In this document: positions 1-13,234 of the stretch, in pieces | How positions within the stretch are numbered: position 1 is the first letter of the stretch | How the letters are laid out: every line of letters starts with the position of its first letter | Source: Phoronis australis | Taxonomy: Eukaryota > Animalia > Phoronida | Length of the DNA: 40,749 nt | Assembly (NCBI GenBank): GCA_002633005.1 | Contig: NMRA01000200.1 | Coordinates: forward strand, 172,600-213,348 | Reading direction: 5' to 3' | Made by a program: the position numbers and the translations under genes | Notes under the pieces: model-generated | The model's input: the letters and a program-made list of their open reading frames with translations, nothing else | Database searches by the model: none | Told to the model about the DNA's origin: nothing

Positions 1-284
1 TCACAGTCAAGTTGTTGTTACCACAGTTTCCACAAACGCACCTTTTCATGTCTGAAAAAGACGGCTCCACGCGGACTTTCTTCACAACTCCTCAGTATCG
101 CACTGTTAAAACAACAACGGCTGAGGCGGTCTCCCACCCATTGCGTACAAACTCGATAACAGAAAAATATCTTTTTAAAATTTTTAGATTGTTTCGTAGC
201 AACAGGTGTATTAAAGGCTATTAAATCTGTTAAGATGAAATAATAAAATTCCTTTTTGAGACACAGGGTCATGGTGGGAACTCT
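1..284 (-). mobile_element. Right end of a Kolobok-like DNA transposon with a THAP-like ORF start
   Basis: Ends CATGGTGGGAACTCT followed by TTAA (285-288). This is the reverse complement of the terminus at 4642 (TTAA|AGAGTTCTCACCATG). A minus-strand ATG at 49 reads MKRCVCGNCGNN, resembling a THAP CxxxxCxN start. 12-170 is a diverged copy of 6021-6180. Confidence 0.5.
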
Positions 285-852
285 TTAAGGTCTCTTGAAT
301 GTGACACTTGGTAATTTGGGCAACTGGCACCGCGGAATGAACATGGTGGAAATTTATATTCTTTGTTGCTCAAAACTACGGAAAACGCACCGGAAGCACT
401 TGACCACAGTTACACGAAAGGTGCCGAAAAAGCGTGTAACCTCGTCCATCCTGTGCATTTTGTCCCATTATTTCCAGTTTTTGAAGTTTTGGTCCGTATT
501 CGCCAATTAATCGATGTCCTTTGTTATGTCCGTTTTGATCCATTAGCTGATAAATCTAATTTTTATTTCAACAGAATTTTATTACCAGGAAGAAACAAAC
601 GTTTTAGTGCAATGTAATGCGTTTTGAAATATTATTTAAGGAGTAAGTGTTCAAATTGTTATCGAATTAAGCACTTTGTTTTAATGCTGAGGCATTTACC
701 TACCGCAAAATAACACCTATTTTGGCTTTGAAAATCAATCCGCATATTAGTGACGTTGGGGGTTACTTTGGAGATGACAAGGCTTACCCTTACAAAAATA
801 CGTCATAAATTGTGGTTCTCTTTCTCCATTTCTTCCTACTGTACTATGTGAT

Positions 853-1593
853 TGTCACATTTTCCCCGTGTGTGGGTGGGCGCAGGTTGTTACAGACCGG
901 TGCTAATAGCTTTCGGTGCGACGATCGACTGAAGACTGGTTCGAGTTAATCCTTTATTAATCCCGACCGTACGTTCACAAGCCTACTCAAACAAAACGTC
1001 CGACGTAATGCCTGTATATGCTCCAGCCAATGCTGCGAAGCCTTGACTTGTGATGAACTTCTGAGACACGTTCAGCAACTGTTACACCCGTCGATTAAAT
1101 GACCTGCCGTCTCTATAGCTGGCTCCCTATTGACTATCGCTGTAACTGCTGATTCTCTTCGCTGCAACTCAACTGTAGTTCTCCTGACTAACTTTCTTGA
1201 ACTTACTTGATCTTCTCTTGNAACCTGCTGTCTCTATAGCTGGCTCTCTATTGACTATCGCTGTAACTGCTGATTCTCTTCACTGCAACTCAACTGTAAT
1301 CTCCTGATTAACTTTCTTGAACTGACTTAATCTCCCGACTTGATCTTCTTGGACTCAAGTGGTTTACACAAACCCGTGCTTGTGTATTTATAGCCGAATG
1401 CATTGTTCTAGAACTTTTCATCACATACCAGAACTTTCTTGAATCTACCCAACCATTCTACAACCATATACTAGTCTCTAGAATATTCCAGACCGCATTA
1501 ATCATTGTCACGCTAGAGTCATCTAGAAAGTTCCACACTATACTGCAGTAAACAAATGACATCATCACTGTTCTGATGTCAGTCTTCTAGAAA
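853..1593 (-). mobile_element. LTR copy 1 (apparently truncated), same family as 26891-27706
   Basis: Starts TGTCA and aligns by eye at high identity with 26891-27515. Contains an internal duplication (~1105-1220 / ~1225-1345), a minus-strand TATA (1385-1392) and TTCTAGAA-type HSE motifs. It diverges after ~1593 and no matching TSD was found. Confidence 0.8.
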
Positions 1594-4500
1594 ACTATTC
1601 TGCGGATTTGCGAAAAGTTTTATTGACAGTAAATTCCAGAGGAATAACCAGCACGGGAACAAACAAATGCCTCGTAGGCGCGGCGCAACTTCAGCCAGCG
1701 TGGGATCCAAGTTGGCATTCCAGGGCTAGAGTTTTATGACTGAGCCAATGGTTATTTAAAAAAAACAACTTTATTTTATAAATTTCTTATAAAGAGGCGT
1801 TTTCTTTGGCAAATTACAAGAGTACTCGCTTGTTTTGGAAATATCTCATTTATTGCCAGAGTCGGAAATGTCACTCCTTCAATTGAACTTTCAAATGGTA
1901 AAATGTCTATTTTGGAAACTTTGAAGATGGAAATTCCTGAGAACATCATCCTCTAGACCTATTTTGTTTCTTTGAAAATTAGCTTAAGTTTAAAATTTGA
2001 CTTCTACTCTTTGAATGCGCGTGTGAATGTGTGCGCATGCGTATGCATGCATCGAATAGTCATGTATTCTTTCTTATTTATTGGTTTGTATGTGTTATTT
2101 CTGGTTATAAGAGAAACAAAGAAATGCCGATTTCGACCATATACTGCGATAAAATTGGTCTCACCCTATTCTTTACGGGATTTATAGCCGCTTTATACTT
2201 ACTGAGACCACAGGCGCTCGAATGACAGACTTAAAAAAAGGAGGATAGTTCTTTTGTTGGTTTTAGTGCATTGGTTGGAAAGTATTTTCTTTGTTTCTTT
2301 AGTTTTAGTTTCCCGTGTTTAGCCGAGCTCCAGTGGTGTTACGCCCCAGTGGTGGGCCCCATTCGAGGTGAAAGTGAGCTCTCCACATTAGCGGCGAGAA
2401 TGTTACCACAACGCCACCCACTACGACCATGCGTGCGGACACTGTAGCGAAAAATACAGTTAGTCCTGTATAAGCTAGGCTTACTCGTATGGCGAGCATT
2501 ATACCTTTGCCAAATACCACGGACTAAATGGCGGTACACGATAGTGTATCAGTTGTCGTTGTTTATATACAATCTCCGCTAAGGCTGACTATTACGCAGG
2601 CTACAGTAAACTTCTTTGGGAATTACCAAAACCAAATAACACGTACACTGTTAAAAAAGGACCTGGAAAAAGATTTTTAGAACAGACCTAGCATGTGTGT
2701 GTTGGCTAGAAAGATATAACCTTCACAAATTTTCTAAATGTATTGATACTTTTTCAAATAATGAGATGATGTGCTTAATAGGTCAGCGCCTCTTATGGCA
2801 AATCTCAGAGGCATTATTCCGGGGGATCTCTTCCAGTGTGTAGAAGTGTGCCGCCGGACACATTAAAATACCAACAGTGTAACCTGGGATGCTACTAATT
2901 CTACTCGAGGGACCATTTTCACTGCCTTCTCCCAATGTTCCACATTAGCCACCATTTTACTTGCCTGACAACACGTGACTGGGCGATACATGATAAGGCT
3001 AAATATTAACCCTAAGCAAAACTGTCATACATTCCTGTACCCAAGAAGGCAAAATAAACTTCCAAGCCTTCAATGAGATGGGACAAGTCACCAAACAAAT
3101 TGACGGCGCGCCACTATCAAATCCTACTATGGGAAAGCCCCCCACTCCTGGAAGTGATGTCACTGCGAAGACAAAGTGTATTGATTTTTTCATTTATCAA
3201 ACACTGGTGTATCGATTTCTCTCTCACTCACTGAATCACGATTCCAAAGTGACCAATACAATAGTTTGCTGGGTATGTACATTTACTCGTTCATTGGATG
3301 CAGGAAATGTGGTATGTGCGATAAGCAAACAATGGGCGAGTAAATGTGGACGGAGCATTCTCTTCAAATGATTCATAAGCTGGGAGATTGTCATCTTACA
3401 TAGTATATGATATACGGGGAGGGGTGCTGAAGATGGGGTACAACTGGGTGATCGAGATACCAACGGGTTTCTAAGGCGCCCACAGCGTTATGTCGCCCTT
3501 GCAACATGTCGCTGTCCTTCAATCATAGATTTGTGTACTATGATTTTGATTCCCTACCTTTGCGAAGAAAAGTTCTATGAAGATGGATAACTTCGCATGA
3601 AAACTCGCCAGTTTCTACTTTCTGCTCTAGTTGCAAGATTTTCTAACTTAATATATATTTTTCAGTGAAGTATCTTTTGCTGAGTCAAGCAGGCCATGCT
3701 CACGCTTGACCGTGGAAATCCGGCAGGGAAGAGCATGCGAATAGGGGTATATCTTACAAAGGGTTTGGTCCTCCTCAAAATTTTTTAGAACCTAGACATG
3801 TTATGAGAATTATGGTGCTGTCATGAGTTAACCATTACTTTAATTTTAGGGTCAATTTCATTAAAGATACAGAAATTCTCGTTTACGACTTCCAGTTATT
3901 TGACACCTTGAAACCCGTGAATCTTTCACATAAACCTAAAGAATTTCACATCAAACATTTTAGCGCGCTAAACCTCGTGTCGCATAAAAACGCACCCCCC
4001 TCACCTGAGAACTTAACATAAGTTCCTATTTTAAGCTTCAAATTATCCACTAAGTTGAGGCTCTCAGGTTCAGTCTTTTTATTTTTCTGTTGTTGCCGCA
4101 GTTGCAATGTGTTACCCGTGTATTTTTATTTGCTTAAAGCTGGCTGAAAATTTTCTTTTGTCGCTGAGAATTGCCATGTTTTTTTCCCCGATTCTGAGTC
4201 CGACTGAGCCCAACTCCGTGTCACCGGCCCCCGACAAACTACATGTACTACCAGTGCACATCAACCCGCGAAGTCGCCGGCCATCTCATCCACCACCGCA
4301 AGATTTTTTTCACTGTATGAAGTCCTTGCTCGCTATACAACCAAAGACTTTTACAATAAGTTATGGTCAAAACGCTTTTTTGTCCCTGCATTATGTGCAA
4401 AGTTACGTACAGCGCTGATCCATGCAACTATGAGAGGTAGACAGACCGCGTTGATTGAGGACAGGTAGAGTTGCACCAATCAGCCGTCACAGCGACAAGA

Positions 4501-4641
4501 AATTGAGGAGAGTTCCAGTTGCGGTTGCGTTGCAGACAAATCGGAAGTGTGGAAAGGCAAGACGCGCGGCGAACAACTTCGCTGTGGCTCCCGGGTAGTC
4601 TATGGGAGCCGAACCAAAGATTGACCACTTAGGTATTTTAA

Positions 4642-6230
4642 AGAGTTCTCACCATGCATTTTCTCAGTTTTTGGGGTTTCATGTAGCTAATATGAAATAA
4701 ATACCATAAAAGCCAATTACATAAACACTTTTAATGCCAAATAGTAACGATTTTTTAATCTTGAAGAAAAATTAGTAATTTCAAAGTTTACCGCCAAATG
4801 TTGTAATGGGTGAAAGACGTTTGGTCATGTCATTTGGCAATCAATTCCAATGGCGGAAAACAGCAGATCACAAGACGAGGACGATTTTCAGTGAGCACTG
4901 GACAATTATTACGCAGACAGAGAGGAGAGAGGATACGGGCAGCACACTCAAGTACTTGAAGAATCTGACAATGAACTCGATTTCCCACTTAGCAAACTTT
5001 CGTCGGCTTTGGGGCCGTATGAACTCCACCCACTTGCACGAGAAATGCTGCAGACACATGTGAGCCATAATCACCTGAAACCAAGAAGTGGTCAATATTC
5101 AAAGAATAGACACTTAAGAATCACTGACAAAGAACATTAATCCTATTCACTATTATAGAATGAGCACGGTCTAAACACAGTGCATATGCCTACGTGTCGT
5201 AGCACGTACTCGATCTGGGGCGGGTCGATGGCCTGGCATCAATCGCCCTAGAATGGAAGCAGTTTTTCGTTAAATAAACATTTGCAAATACAAATACAAG
5301 GTGACGAGTCCTTCATCGTAACGCTGTTTTTCTGTTTGGTCTAAACCCGATTCCTTGAAATGTGCCCAACAAAAAAAGTGTGGCTCCTCACTGAATCGCT
5401 TTTTCCACACTGACATTCCACACGCTTGTGTGGCGCACAAACCAATGCATTTATGATCGACATATGTCCCGAATAATAGATAAATGATACGTGCGTCGCC
5501 AGCTCGTTACCAGAGATGAAAAGGAGACCGAGGTAGGCGATATAAGGTCGTTTATTATGACTAGTACAATTACAATAAAATGAATACAGGTAAATAACGT
5601 ATAATAAGTAATCTCTGGTAAGATGGTCAATAAAAAGCGCCGGCCACGTGGAAGTACGAGAGAATGACGAAAACTGGGAGGAAGAGGTTGGGAGAATTGA
5701 ATGAGTTTTTGACGTACAACAATGTGGCCGGAACAAAGTGAACTGAAAGCGAGGTTACAATAACAAAGAAAAACGCCCCTAAAGACACGTGACAATCATC
5801 AGCCTATAAGAGCCAAGAGCTTACCAAACTCGAGGCACGTGATAACAGCAGACCAATGCGAAGGCTGTAAAAAACGACGTGTAGTCCTACACAAGAGAAT
5901 AATGGAATAGACCGAGATGAGGGGGAAAAGGAGTAAGGCGGGTCCATATGCTCACATAAATACATGTATATTTAACGAGTGAAATACCATTGATGTGCAA
6001 CTTTTTCATATTGAGGAAATATGCTGTTACTAAAGCCTCCACAAATGCCCCTTTTCATTTCTGAAAAAGGTGGCTCTTTGCGTACTTTCCCCACAACTCA
6101 TCAGTATCGCGCTGGTAAAAACAACAACGGCGGAGACAGTCTTCCACCTATTCCGTATAACATCGGCAACAGAAAAATATATTATATTTGTTTAATTTTT
6201 GTCGTTTTTCTTAGCAATTGGTATACTAAA
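4642..6230. mobile_element. Kolobok-like internally deleted DNA transposon (right TIR not found)
   Basis: TTAA (4638-4641) followed by the TIR AGAGTTCTCACCATG. A degenerate + strand ORF from ATG 4850 is acidic, has one stop, then GPYELHPLAR (cf. the PYxFEP motif of KolX). A minus-strand THAP-like start at 6058 is homologous to the one at 49. Confidence 0.45.
5485..5956 (-). mobile_element. Putative solo LTR nested in the Kolobok-like element
   Basis: TG...CA ends flanked by TAAA on both sides (5481-5484, 5957-5960). Minus-strand AATAAA at 5551-5556. Confidence 0.4.
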
Positions 6231-8546
6231 GGTCGCTGGAAACACAACTTTGGAAGAAGAGGCCCAAACTTGAGCACAGCCTAGGACCCCAGTTATCGTT
6301 AATCCGCCATTGGTGCTAACTAAACCAAAGAAACTACATAATGTTACGGAATGTCCATCCTTTCTTTCGGTTGATATAAAAGAAACCGTTGAAAAGTGGA
6401 CCCACTGACGCCTTCTCAAAGGGCTGGCATGTTTTCAACAATGGCGATGGACCAAAATTCGGCTTGGTAGTCAGCGTCATTTTTCCACGGGATTCAAAAT
6501 TTAATGCAACAGTTACACCGGTACGGTATCAGCATGTTTACTGGGTCACCAAACTTCATGACAGAGCCGTTATCTATGGTTATGTAAAGATAAAATCGCT
6601 GTAGCTATCAGGAACCTGAAAGACAGCAGGTGGTTCATTGGTTACGTCAGTGCATGATGGAACGACCGGGCACACAAATGATTGCAAAAGTGTTCGGGAT
6701 ATGCTCCATTCAATTACTGAAAAAACAAAATTGTTTGTGGCAAGGTTGGTAACACCGACTTTTTTTTTACCAACCTTTTGTTTCTTGGTAAGGTAACAGG
6801 AATTTTTAACAACTTGGAATTCAGTCGACAACATTGCCTAAATCGAGATAGACTGGGCACAATTCCGAAATCTAGAACACATGCCCAATAAAACTGAACG
6901 ACTGATCGCCATCACTGCATTTCACAAAAAACACGAAAGAGGTTGCACAGTTATTTGCCTTTTTGTTTCAACTTTCTGCTTTCTCAACAATAACAACGCT
7001 CAGTAGGTCCACACCATGTACATGTACACTACATTTTTAAATATAAAGCCTTCCTCTCTCTGAATAACAGAGGTACTCTACATCTGTTTGTACTTATCAG
7101 TGGGCCCGGGCTTTAGGAGACTACTTTCACTAATAAGACTATTTCCTAGCTGATATACGACTTCTCGGTCCATTCAGACTCATAACTGGTCATAAAAACG
7201 ACGTCTGGCCCTCCCAAGACTGACACAGTTTGGTTCCTTCGCCAAAATAAATATATAATTTTTTTATTTCAAGGTGATGTCCACCCCATAATACTTTTAT
7301 AAGACCACCTTCCGAGTACATTGCACCTATGTATGTCCGTAGTAAGTTGAAAGCACTGATGCAAATCTTAATATTATACAGACTGTACATTTGTCTTATT
7401 ATTCTGCTTATAGGATAATAAGAATAATTCATTACGCGAGGAGTGTATTGTCTACAGTCGTTTAAAATGCGAAAGTAATGACCACCATCAATTTGTCAAC
7501 TCACGTGACTTTTCCATACAAGGAAGGGAATATTCGGGAACTTGAATGCACCTTACAGGAAACCGACTGCGTGCTGAGGAGTGGAACGAGGGAGACTTAC
7601 ACCTGCAAATATACTTTTTTCTTTTATGACCAAAAAGTTCTTATCCATTTTGTTTTAAAACGTACCAACATTTCAAGTTGAAGTTTTTTAAAAATGTAGT
7701 TTTTATGCATTGAACAGTCATATATGTTGTGCAATAGAGGACGCTGTAAACAGTAGCATTAGCCTATCACACATTTGTTGGAAACGCGGGAGATGTAGAT
7801 AATATGTCTATAGAGTACCGGCTATGACTTTAGACAAAAAAGTATCCTTAGACCGGTTTAGCCAAAATTACTTAAAGCTGTATCTCCCTCTGGTTTTAAC
7901 ATTGATATTCAAAACTGTCAACGTTGAGTTCTTTACCCAAGATAGTTGAGGGTACCACATTGTTACCCGGAGAAGTCTCAAGTCGCAGGCAAAGTATGCG
8001 CGGATGTGCCATTTTCGAATTCACAATTCTGAGGTTGGCCAACACCAATAAATCTCAAGAGTTTTTGTGACTTCATTGTCGGTAACGGAAAAAAGATCAT
8101 AACGCAACAAGGAAGCCGTTTTTACGACAGCAAAATATATAGTTTTCCTCGTTTACAAGTAGCACCTAAGCTTAAAGTTCTTAATTTTCACATGGCAGTG
8201 CAATAACAAAATGGCGGACACAGTCAGCCGACACCGGACTGTTTGAACTTGGGGGGGGGGGGTGTTGGACATTTACGAAATTAAAAGTTAGATTCACGAA
8301 ACCCGTAGTTTCGTATTATATCAAAGTAATAAGGGGTACTATTAGGTGTTTCACTTTTGGCCCCGTATGCCTCGCATTTTGAGAAGGTCAGTCACGCAGT
8401 GTATTTTATTTTTCTGCTTCCACTAAAGAGGAGAGTTCAATCCAGGATGGGTCTTTTGCAAAGGATCACAGAGTTACTGTAACATGTATAGCACCTGTTA
8501 TTCTCCAGCCACATGCTATCTTGGATTACGACACATTTATGTAATA

Positions 8547-8592
8547 CCAATCTGTTATAAAAGCCCCCACCCCAGCACTACGACCAGTCATT
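8547..8592 (+). promoter_or_regulatory. Core promoter of the ApoD-like gene (TATA box, initiator-like site)
   Basis: TATAAAAG at 8556-8563 and CCAGTCATT about 30 nt downstream, 20-25 nt before ATG 8611. CCAAT at 8547-8551. Confidence 0.65.
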
Positions 8593-8610
8593 TTCTCCAA
8601 GACTAAGAAG

Positions 8611-8721
8611 ATGTTACAAGCCGTCGTCGCCGTGTGTTTGTTAGTTGCCGTCAGTGCACAAGTACCAGGTTTTGGCAAATGTCCCGACATCAAACTGAAG
8701 CCAGAACTGAACGTTACCAGG
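8611..8721 (+). CDS. APOD: Apolipoprotein D-like lipocalin, coding exon 1 of 4 (join 8611-8721, 9017-9147, 9775-9857, 10619-10854; 186 aa)
   Basis: Signal peptide MLQAVVAVCLLVAVSA, then QVPGFGKCPDIKLKPELNVTR. Donor GTAAG at 8722. All introns are GT-AG with compatible phases (0,2,1). Confidence 0.93.
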
Positions 8722-9016
8722 GTAAGACGCTAGATCTATAACCTTCTTTGCGACTGCATTGAACTTCAGCAGAGCAGTGATTCTTATGCTCTATTGTTCC
8801 TATGCTTCGCTGTTTTCAGGTCGTATTGAAACTACCTAGAAATTTTACCTTTGAGCGGTGGCACAAATAGGTTGAAAATGACGTATAAACAAATTAAGTC
8901 AAAAGTGCTTAGTTATAAAATTTTACGTTTAATATTCTTGGGAACGCAGAATGTGATTTGTTAAGGTCTCGAAATCGAGGTGCGATGTGATCTGCACGTT
9001 TCTTTCTTCGCTTCAG

Positions 9017-9147
9017 TATCTCGGTGACTGGTATGAGATTCAGCACTTCTTCGCCATCTTCCAAGTCAACCAAGAGTGTACAAAAGCCACTTACACTCTG
9101 AAGGATGACGGACATATCAATGTGTTCAACAGAGGAATCTCAAAAAG
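9017..9147 (+). CDS. APOD: Apolipoprotein D-like lipocalin, exon 2
   Basis: Acceptor TTCAG. Reads YLGDWYEIQHFFAIFQVNQECTKATYTLKDDGHINVFNRG, containing the lipocalin GxWYEI motif. Donor GTAGG. Confidence 0.95.
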
Positions 9148-9774
9148 GTAGGAGTCGCGGCCGGCACAGGCCTGTGTCATATTAGGAACACACTTTAAGC
9201 AAAACTCGCTATAAACGAACTACAAAAGTGACTTAAAGACTCCCTTGAACGGACTTTCGTTAATTTGCTCTATATTAGTCCTAGCTACACATTAGCAACA
9301 TAAGCAAACAAGACGAAACTTGTGGTCGTGAAATAGTAAGTGAAGTAGCCAGCCATTCAGCGCCATATTATGTCACCCAGAGAAAACAGAATACAGAGAA
9401 CTTGAGAGTAGTTGAATATTGAACAGGGGTCTTAACAGAACACCACATCAGGGTTTTCGCGTTGACGTAGGTGAATACAAGCCAATGGTACTCATTGGTC
9501 ATTACATTTAGCAAGTTATGCTCAAAATATAGTGTAGCAATCAAATCCACCAGTGTTATTGTTCAAGGTAATCGAATGTTCGCGAATATTTATTATGTGC
9601 AAGAAAGTACAAGTTGTCTTAGTTTCCTGCACATTGCTAAAACGTGACCTTCACAGATTTCCAAGTTTCTAAGAAGTAAGCATGCTGATAAATAACAGAA
9701 ATTGCAAACGCATTTTTGTACTTCATTAGTTTATGGTTTTACATTAACGCTATTCGTTTCTTGTGTCTTCTCAG

Positions 9775-9857
9775 GACTGGCCTGGTGAGTAACGCTACAG
9801 GAGACGCCTATGTGCCAGACAAGAAGTTTCCTTCCAAGTTGGGAGTTCGTTTCTCAG
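9775..9857 (+). CDS. APOD: Apolipoprotein D-like lipocalin, exon 3
   Basis: Polypyrimidine tract plus CAG. Reads TGLVSNATGDAYVPDKKFPSKLGVRFS (ApoD-type P-x-KL-x-V-x-F). Donor GTATAG. Confidence 0.92.
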
Positions 9858-10618
9858 GTATAGCATCATCAGGAGAAATCTTACACTTACGGTCTCTTTC
9901 CAATTCTCAAACTAATGTTAGAAACATATGAAATGAAAACACTGGAAATCCGCTTGACCGCTGCTAGTTATTCAAGCTCCATTTAGCCTTGTTCAGAGGA
10001 CTAGAAAAAAATCAGGCATTTATTCTAATAAAACCGGTCTCATAATACTCCTTACTGTAAAAGAATTTCTTTACTTTACCAACAAAAACATTGAAACCAT
10101 GAGTGACTCAAGAAAACGCTAAAATTGAAAATTCGAAAATGGCACATGCGTACGCATTGCCTGTACCTTGAGTTGGTAACACAAATAGAATCCTATCACG
10201 GTAAAGGAAACTTATGGGTGAGATTTTATGAGAGTAAACGGTCCAATTGGATTTTCGTTTCTTAGGAAATACATGTTTGAATATTATGAGACGAAGACGA
10301 GATTCAAAGTAGGAATACGCGTAACCTTAAAACGTGGCAGATCCCAATAGTTGCACTATCGGTGTCAGACAAAGTGTAATCATTAAATTCACAAAACCTG
10401 TTGAATATTTTGGTAAACACGTAAGAAGTGCATGTCACAAAAGCACAGTGTAATGGAAACATTGGCCAAAGCTCTATACAGTATAGTTTTGCGGTTCGTA
10501 GGAAATGTATATCACAAAAATACGTTACAATGAAAACATGGTCCTACGTACTACACATGATACATGTATATTTTAAAGCGCGTTTCTCAAATACAAACCT
10601 ATTGCTCTATCGTTTCAG

Positions 10619-10854
10619 AGTATCAGCCTTATGGCAAATACTGGGTAGTAGATACTGACTACGAGACATACTCGCTGGTGTACTCGTGTTCCCAGTTCTT
10701 GGGGGCAGTCAAGACCGAATACGCGTGGATCTTGGCTAGAACTCCAACTCTGGACGACAAGATCGTTCAAAGTCTGAGGAAGCGTATGGCTGATGAAGGC
10801 GTTGACCCTAACAACTTCAAGGTGACAAACCAAAAGGGTTGTCCGGATATTTAA
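10619..10854 (+). CDS. APOD: Apolipoprotein D-like lipocalin, exon 4 (terminal)
   Basis: Reads YWVVDTDYETYSLVYSC...AWILAR...TNQKGCPDI*. Lipocalin motifs 2 and 3 and the terminal Cys are present. Confidence 0.96.
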
Positions 10855-11217
10855 GTGCTTTGATTATCTTTGTTGTATATTTCATGCTGTGATATATGAA
10901 TATATATTTTGACAAAATTTTACGTTTCATTGCTTAGAACACATTACAAGACTGAGATACGGAGAAAGTCTTGAAGATGGCCAACAGCTACCTTCTCGCT
11001 GGTCACTAGAGGTAGCAAAATTTTAGAAACTTTCCAGGGTGACAACAATGAAAAAGTTAAAAGTTCAGTGAACAGGAGAAAAGAAATTGCTTCGCTTAGC
11101 CTTTTTATTACCTATCACGAAATATACAATGGACACTGCCTAGATTAACAATACAGAGTGCAAACTGTGCAAACACAAAATCGATTGAAATGATTCAGTA
11201 TAAACAAGAATACTTAC

Positions 11218-11223
11218 AATAAA
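11218..11223 (+). terminator. Candidate polyadenylation signal of the ApoD-like gene
   Basis: First AATAAA I found downstream of the stop codon, followed by a T/GT-rich tract. Confidence 0.45.
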
Positions 11224-11519
11224 GATGATTTGTTATTTTACTGCGAGCGAGCATTATAAAACAAATAACAGTTAGACTTGCGTGATTGCGCCTTCGCTGA
11301 GCCATGGACCGTTTGATTTGACAAACAAGAATGGAACAGAATTCAATCGACTCAAAATGTATGTTGTCCCACCTCTAGTTACTTGCAAAACACGCGTGTT
11401 CTGCATAGATTTCTCTCGCGAGTAGCTTGCGTTACTGAATTGCGAGTCTTTTGAATACAACATGCTGCAACAACTAGTCAGACACACTTTAGGAGGTAGA
11501 GGCGGCAACACAGGCGATA

Positions 11520-11752
11520 CTATGACCTGGTACGGACCGTGGTAGCGTGAAGAAGACCAAATGATCTGTGGTAAGGCCTTTCGGCTAAACTGAGAGGCAA
11601 CACACCCGTTCATGCACCCCTGCTGTCAACAACCATTTCATGATTTAGGCAACTTACCATAATAAAATAGGTTTCGAACTCACGATTTGTTTCGAATTTA
11701 TGATTTCTAGTTCCCGTTCTGCGCCTACTAAATTCATTCAACCATCCACGGC
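11520..11752 (-). mobile_element. Degenerate tRNA-derived SINE
   Basis: Minus strand shows an A-box-like TGGTTGAATGA and a B-box GAGTTCGAAACC (~11670-11681). The 3' boundary is uncertain. Confidence 0.35.
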
Positions 11753-12500
11753 TGAGCGTGAAAGGAGGAAGGGACTGGTAAATTCCAGTCGGTAAACAAC
11801 ATGGTTGAAAGTGTAGAATTAAATCATACGTATCACACTCAAATTTCCCATCACATATTTACCTGTGTACGGGCTCGCATTAAATAATAAATGAAAAGAC
11901 CAGCTACTGCAGTTCAATCCCATTTTTACTTACACCATCAGTACAAGTACATTTCACAAACTCCGACTCAAGACTGACTCAAACCATGAGGTCTCCGCAT
12001 GGACATTTGCATATCAATCATTAGCCAATAAATAGACGTCACAATGGACATCGTAATATGAATAGTGAATCGCGCAACGGGCAAGAGCTTCCTCCCGTTC
12101 AGTAACACTAGGACCTACGCTAGGACCTAGCTAAAAGCTAGACAGTCACGTATTCTTTTCGAAATACAAGGCAAAATCTCACGTAATCTCGCGGAAGTCT
12201 TGCTTTTTAGCAAGCTCTTAGCGTTAATGAACGGGAGGCCCGTCCCGCCACGCCTGCACACTTCGAAACTGAGAAAACGTGCTCACATTTATCTTAAGAA
12301 GGAATATGGCAAAAGTAACTGCAGGGAAATCAAACCCTTCGGAAGATTTTGTTCACTCGAAGATTTGACTTTTTATTTTCGCTTAATTGTCATTCCGCGA
12401 TTTCACTTTATTAACCTACCGGTGAACTCATAAACTAAAGCATGCACTGGGATCACTGGCTGGCATTCGGGTCATTATATGACGTCACTATGTCAAAAAC

Positions 12501-12997
12501 TCTTGCTGGTTCCCTGCGCATAGATAACACGCAGGTATCATTCAGTGCCACGTGTTTTATCACTGTTTGATGTAACCTCAACAGTCATTGGTTAGCTTTA
12601 CAGCAACGAAAGAAAATGACGGCCATGAACGATTTTAGCCTTGTTGTGCAAGTGGAGTAACAACAACAATTTCGATATAACCGGTGTGTTATTCAAACAA
12701 CGTGAATACAGGGCAGCAGCGCGAACAAACAGTAGGAAGATGCACTCCGAAAAAGCGCAACAACGATTTAACCACAATTTTCTGGGATTCACATTTCTTG
12801 AACATGAATTAAGTAGACCGGTTTGTCTGTACAACACTTCCTTCATCAGTCATGCCAGTTTGTTGGCGTAAAGCGCTACCTGTTAAAGAAGAATTCAATC
12901 AGTCAAACAGAAACATCGGTGTAAAAAATTCCGAAAGAAAATTAAATGGCACCTGCGTGTGTTCTACCACCTAGGGACACGTAGGGAACCAACAAGG
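12501..12997 (+). mobile_element. Non-autonomous hAT-like DNA transposon
   Basis: Imperfect terminal inverted repeats (CTTGCTGGTTCCCT..ACACGCAGGT vs ACCTGCGTGT..AGGGAACCAACAAG) with near-identical flanks TCAAAAAC/TAAAAAAC. Internal peptide RFNHNFLGFTFLEHELSRPVCL resembles the N-terminal BED-finger region of Buster-type transposases. Confidence 0.45.
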
Positions 12998-13234
12998 TAA
13001 AAAACTAAGAGTAGAACATGACAGTCGTTTACGGTAGAGGAAAGTAAAAAGAAGCGAAATTTAACAGGTAAGACCCTATGCAGGTTCCTAAACATGTTCA
13101 CAACGCATTTTTCAGTTTGCTGGCAAAGATTTTGAATTTCTGTTTATGTCAAAGCATTTTTATTTTGGAGTAGGTGAGCCTGGGCGGGATGCGGTGTTTC
13201 GTTAGTGCGGAGCATTTTCGGTGCACAATTGGAG

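Noticed and set aside
2305-2430. Possible HDV-like ribozyme or tRNA gene on the minus strand
   Set aside because: Only an A-box-like start. No cloverleaf or nested double pseudoknot could be built. At most a decayed SINE head.
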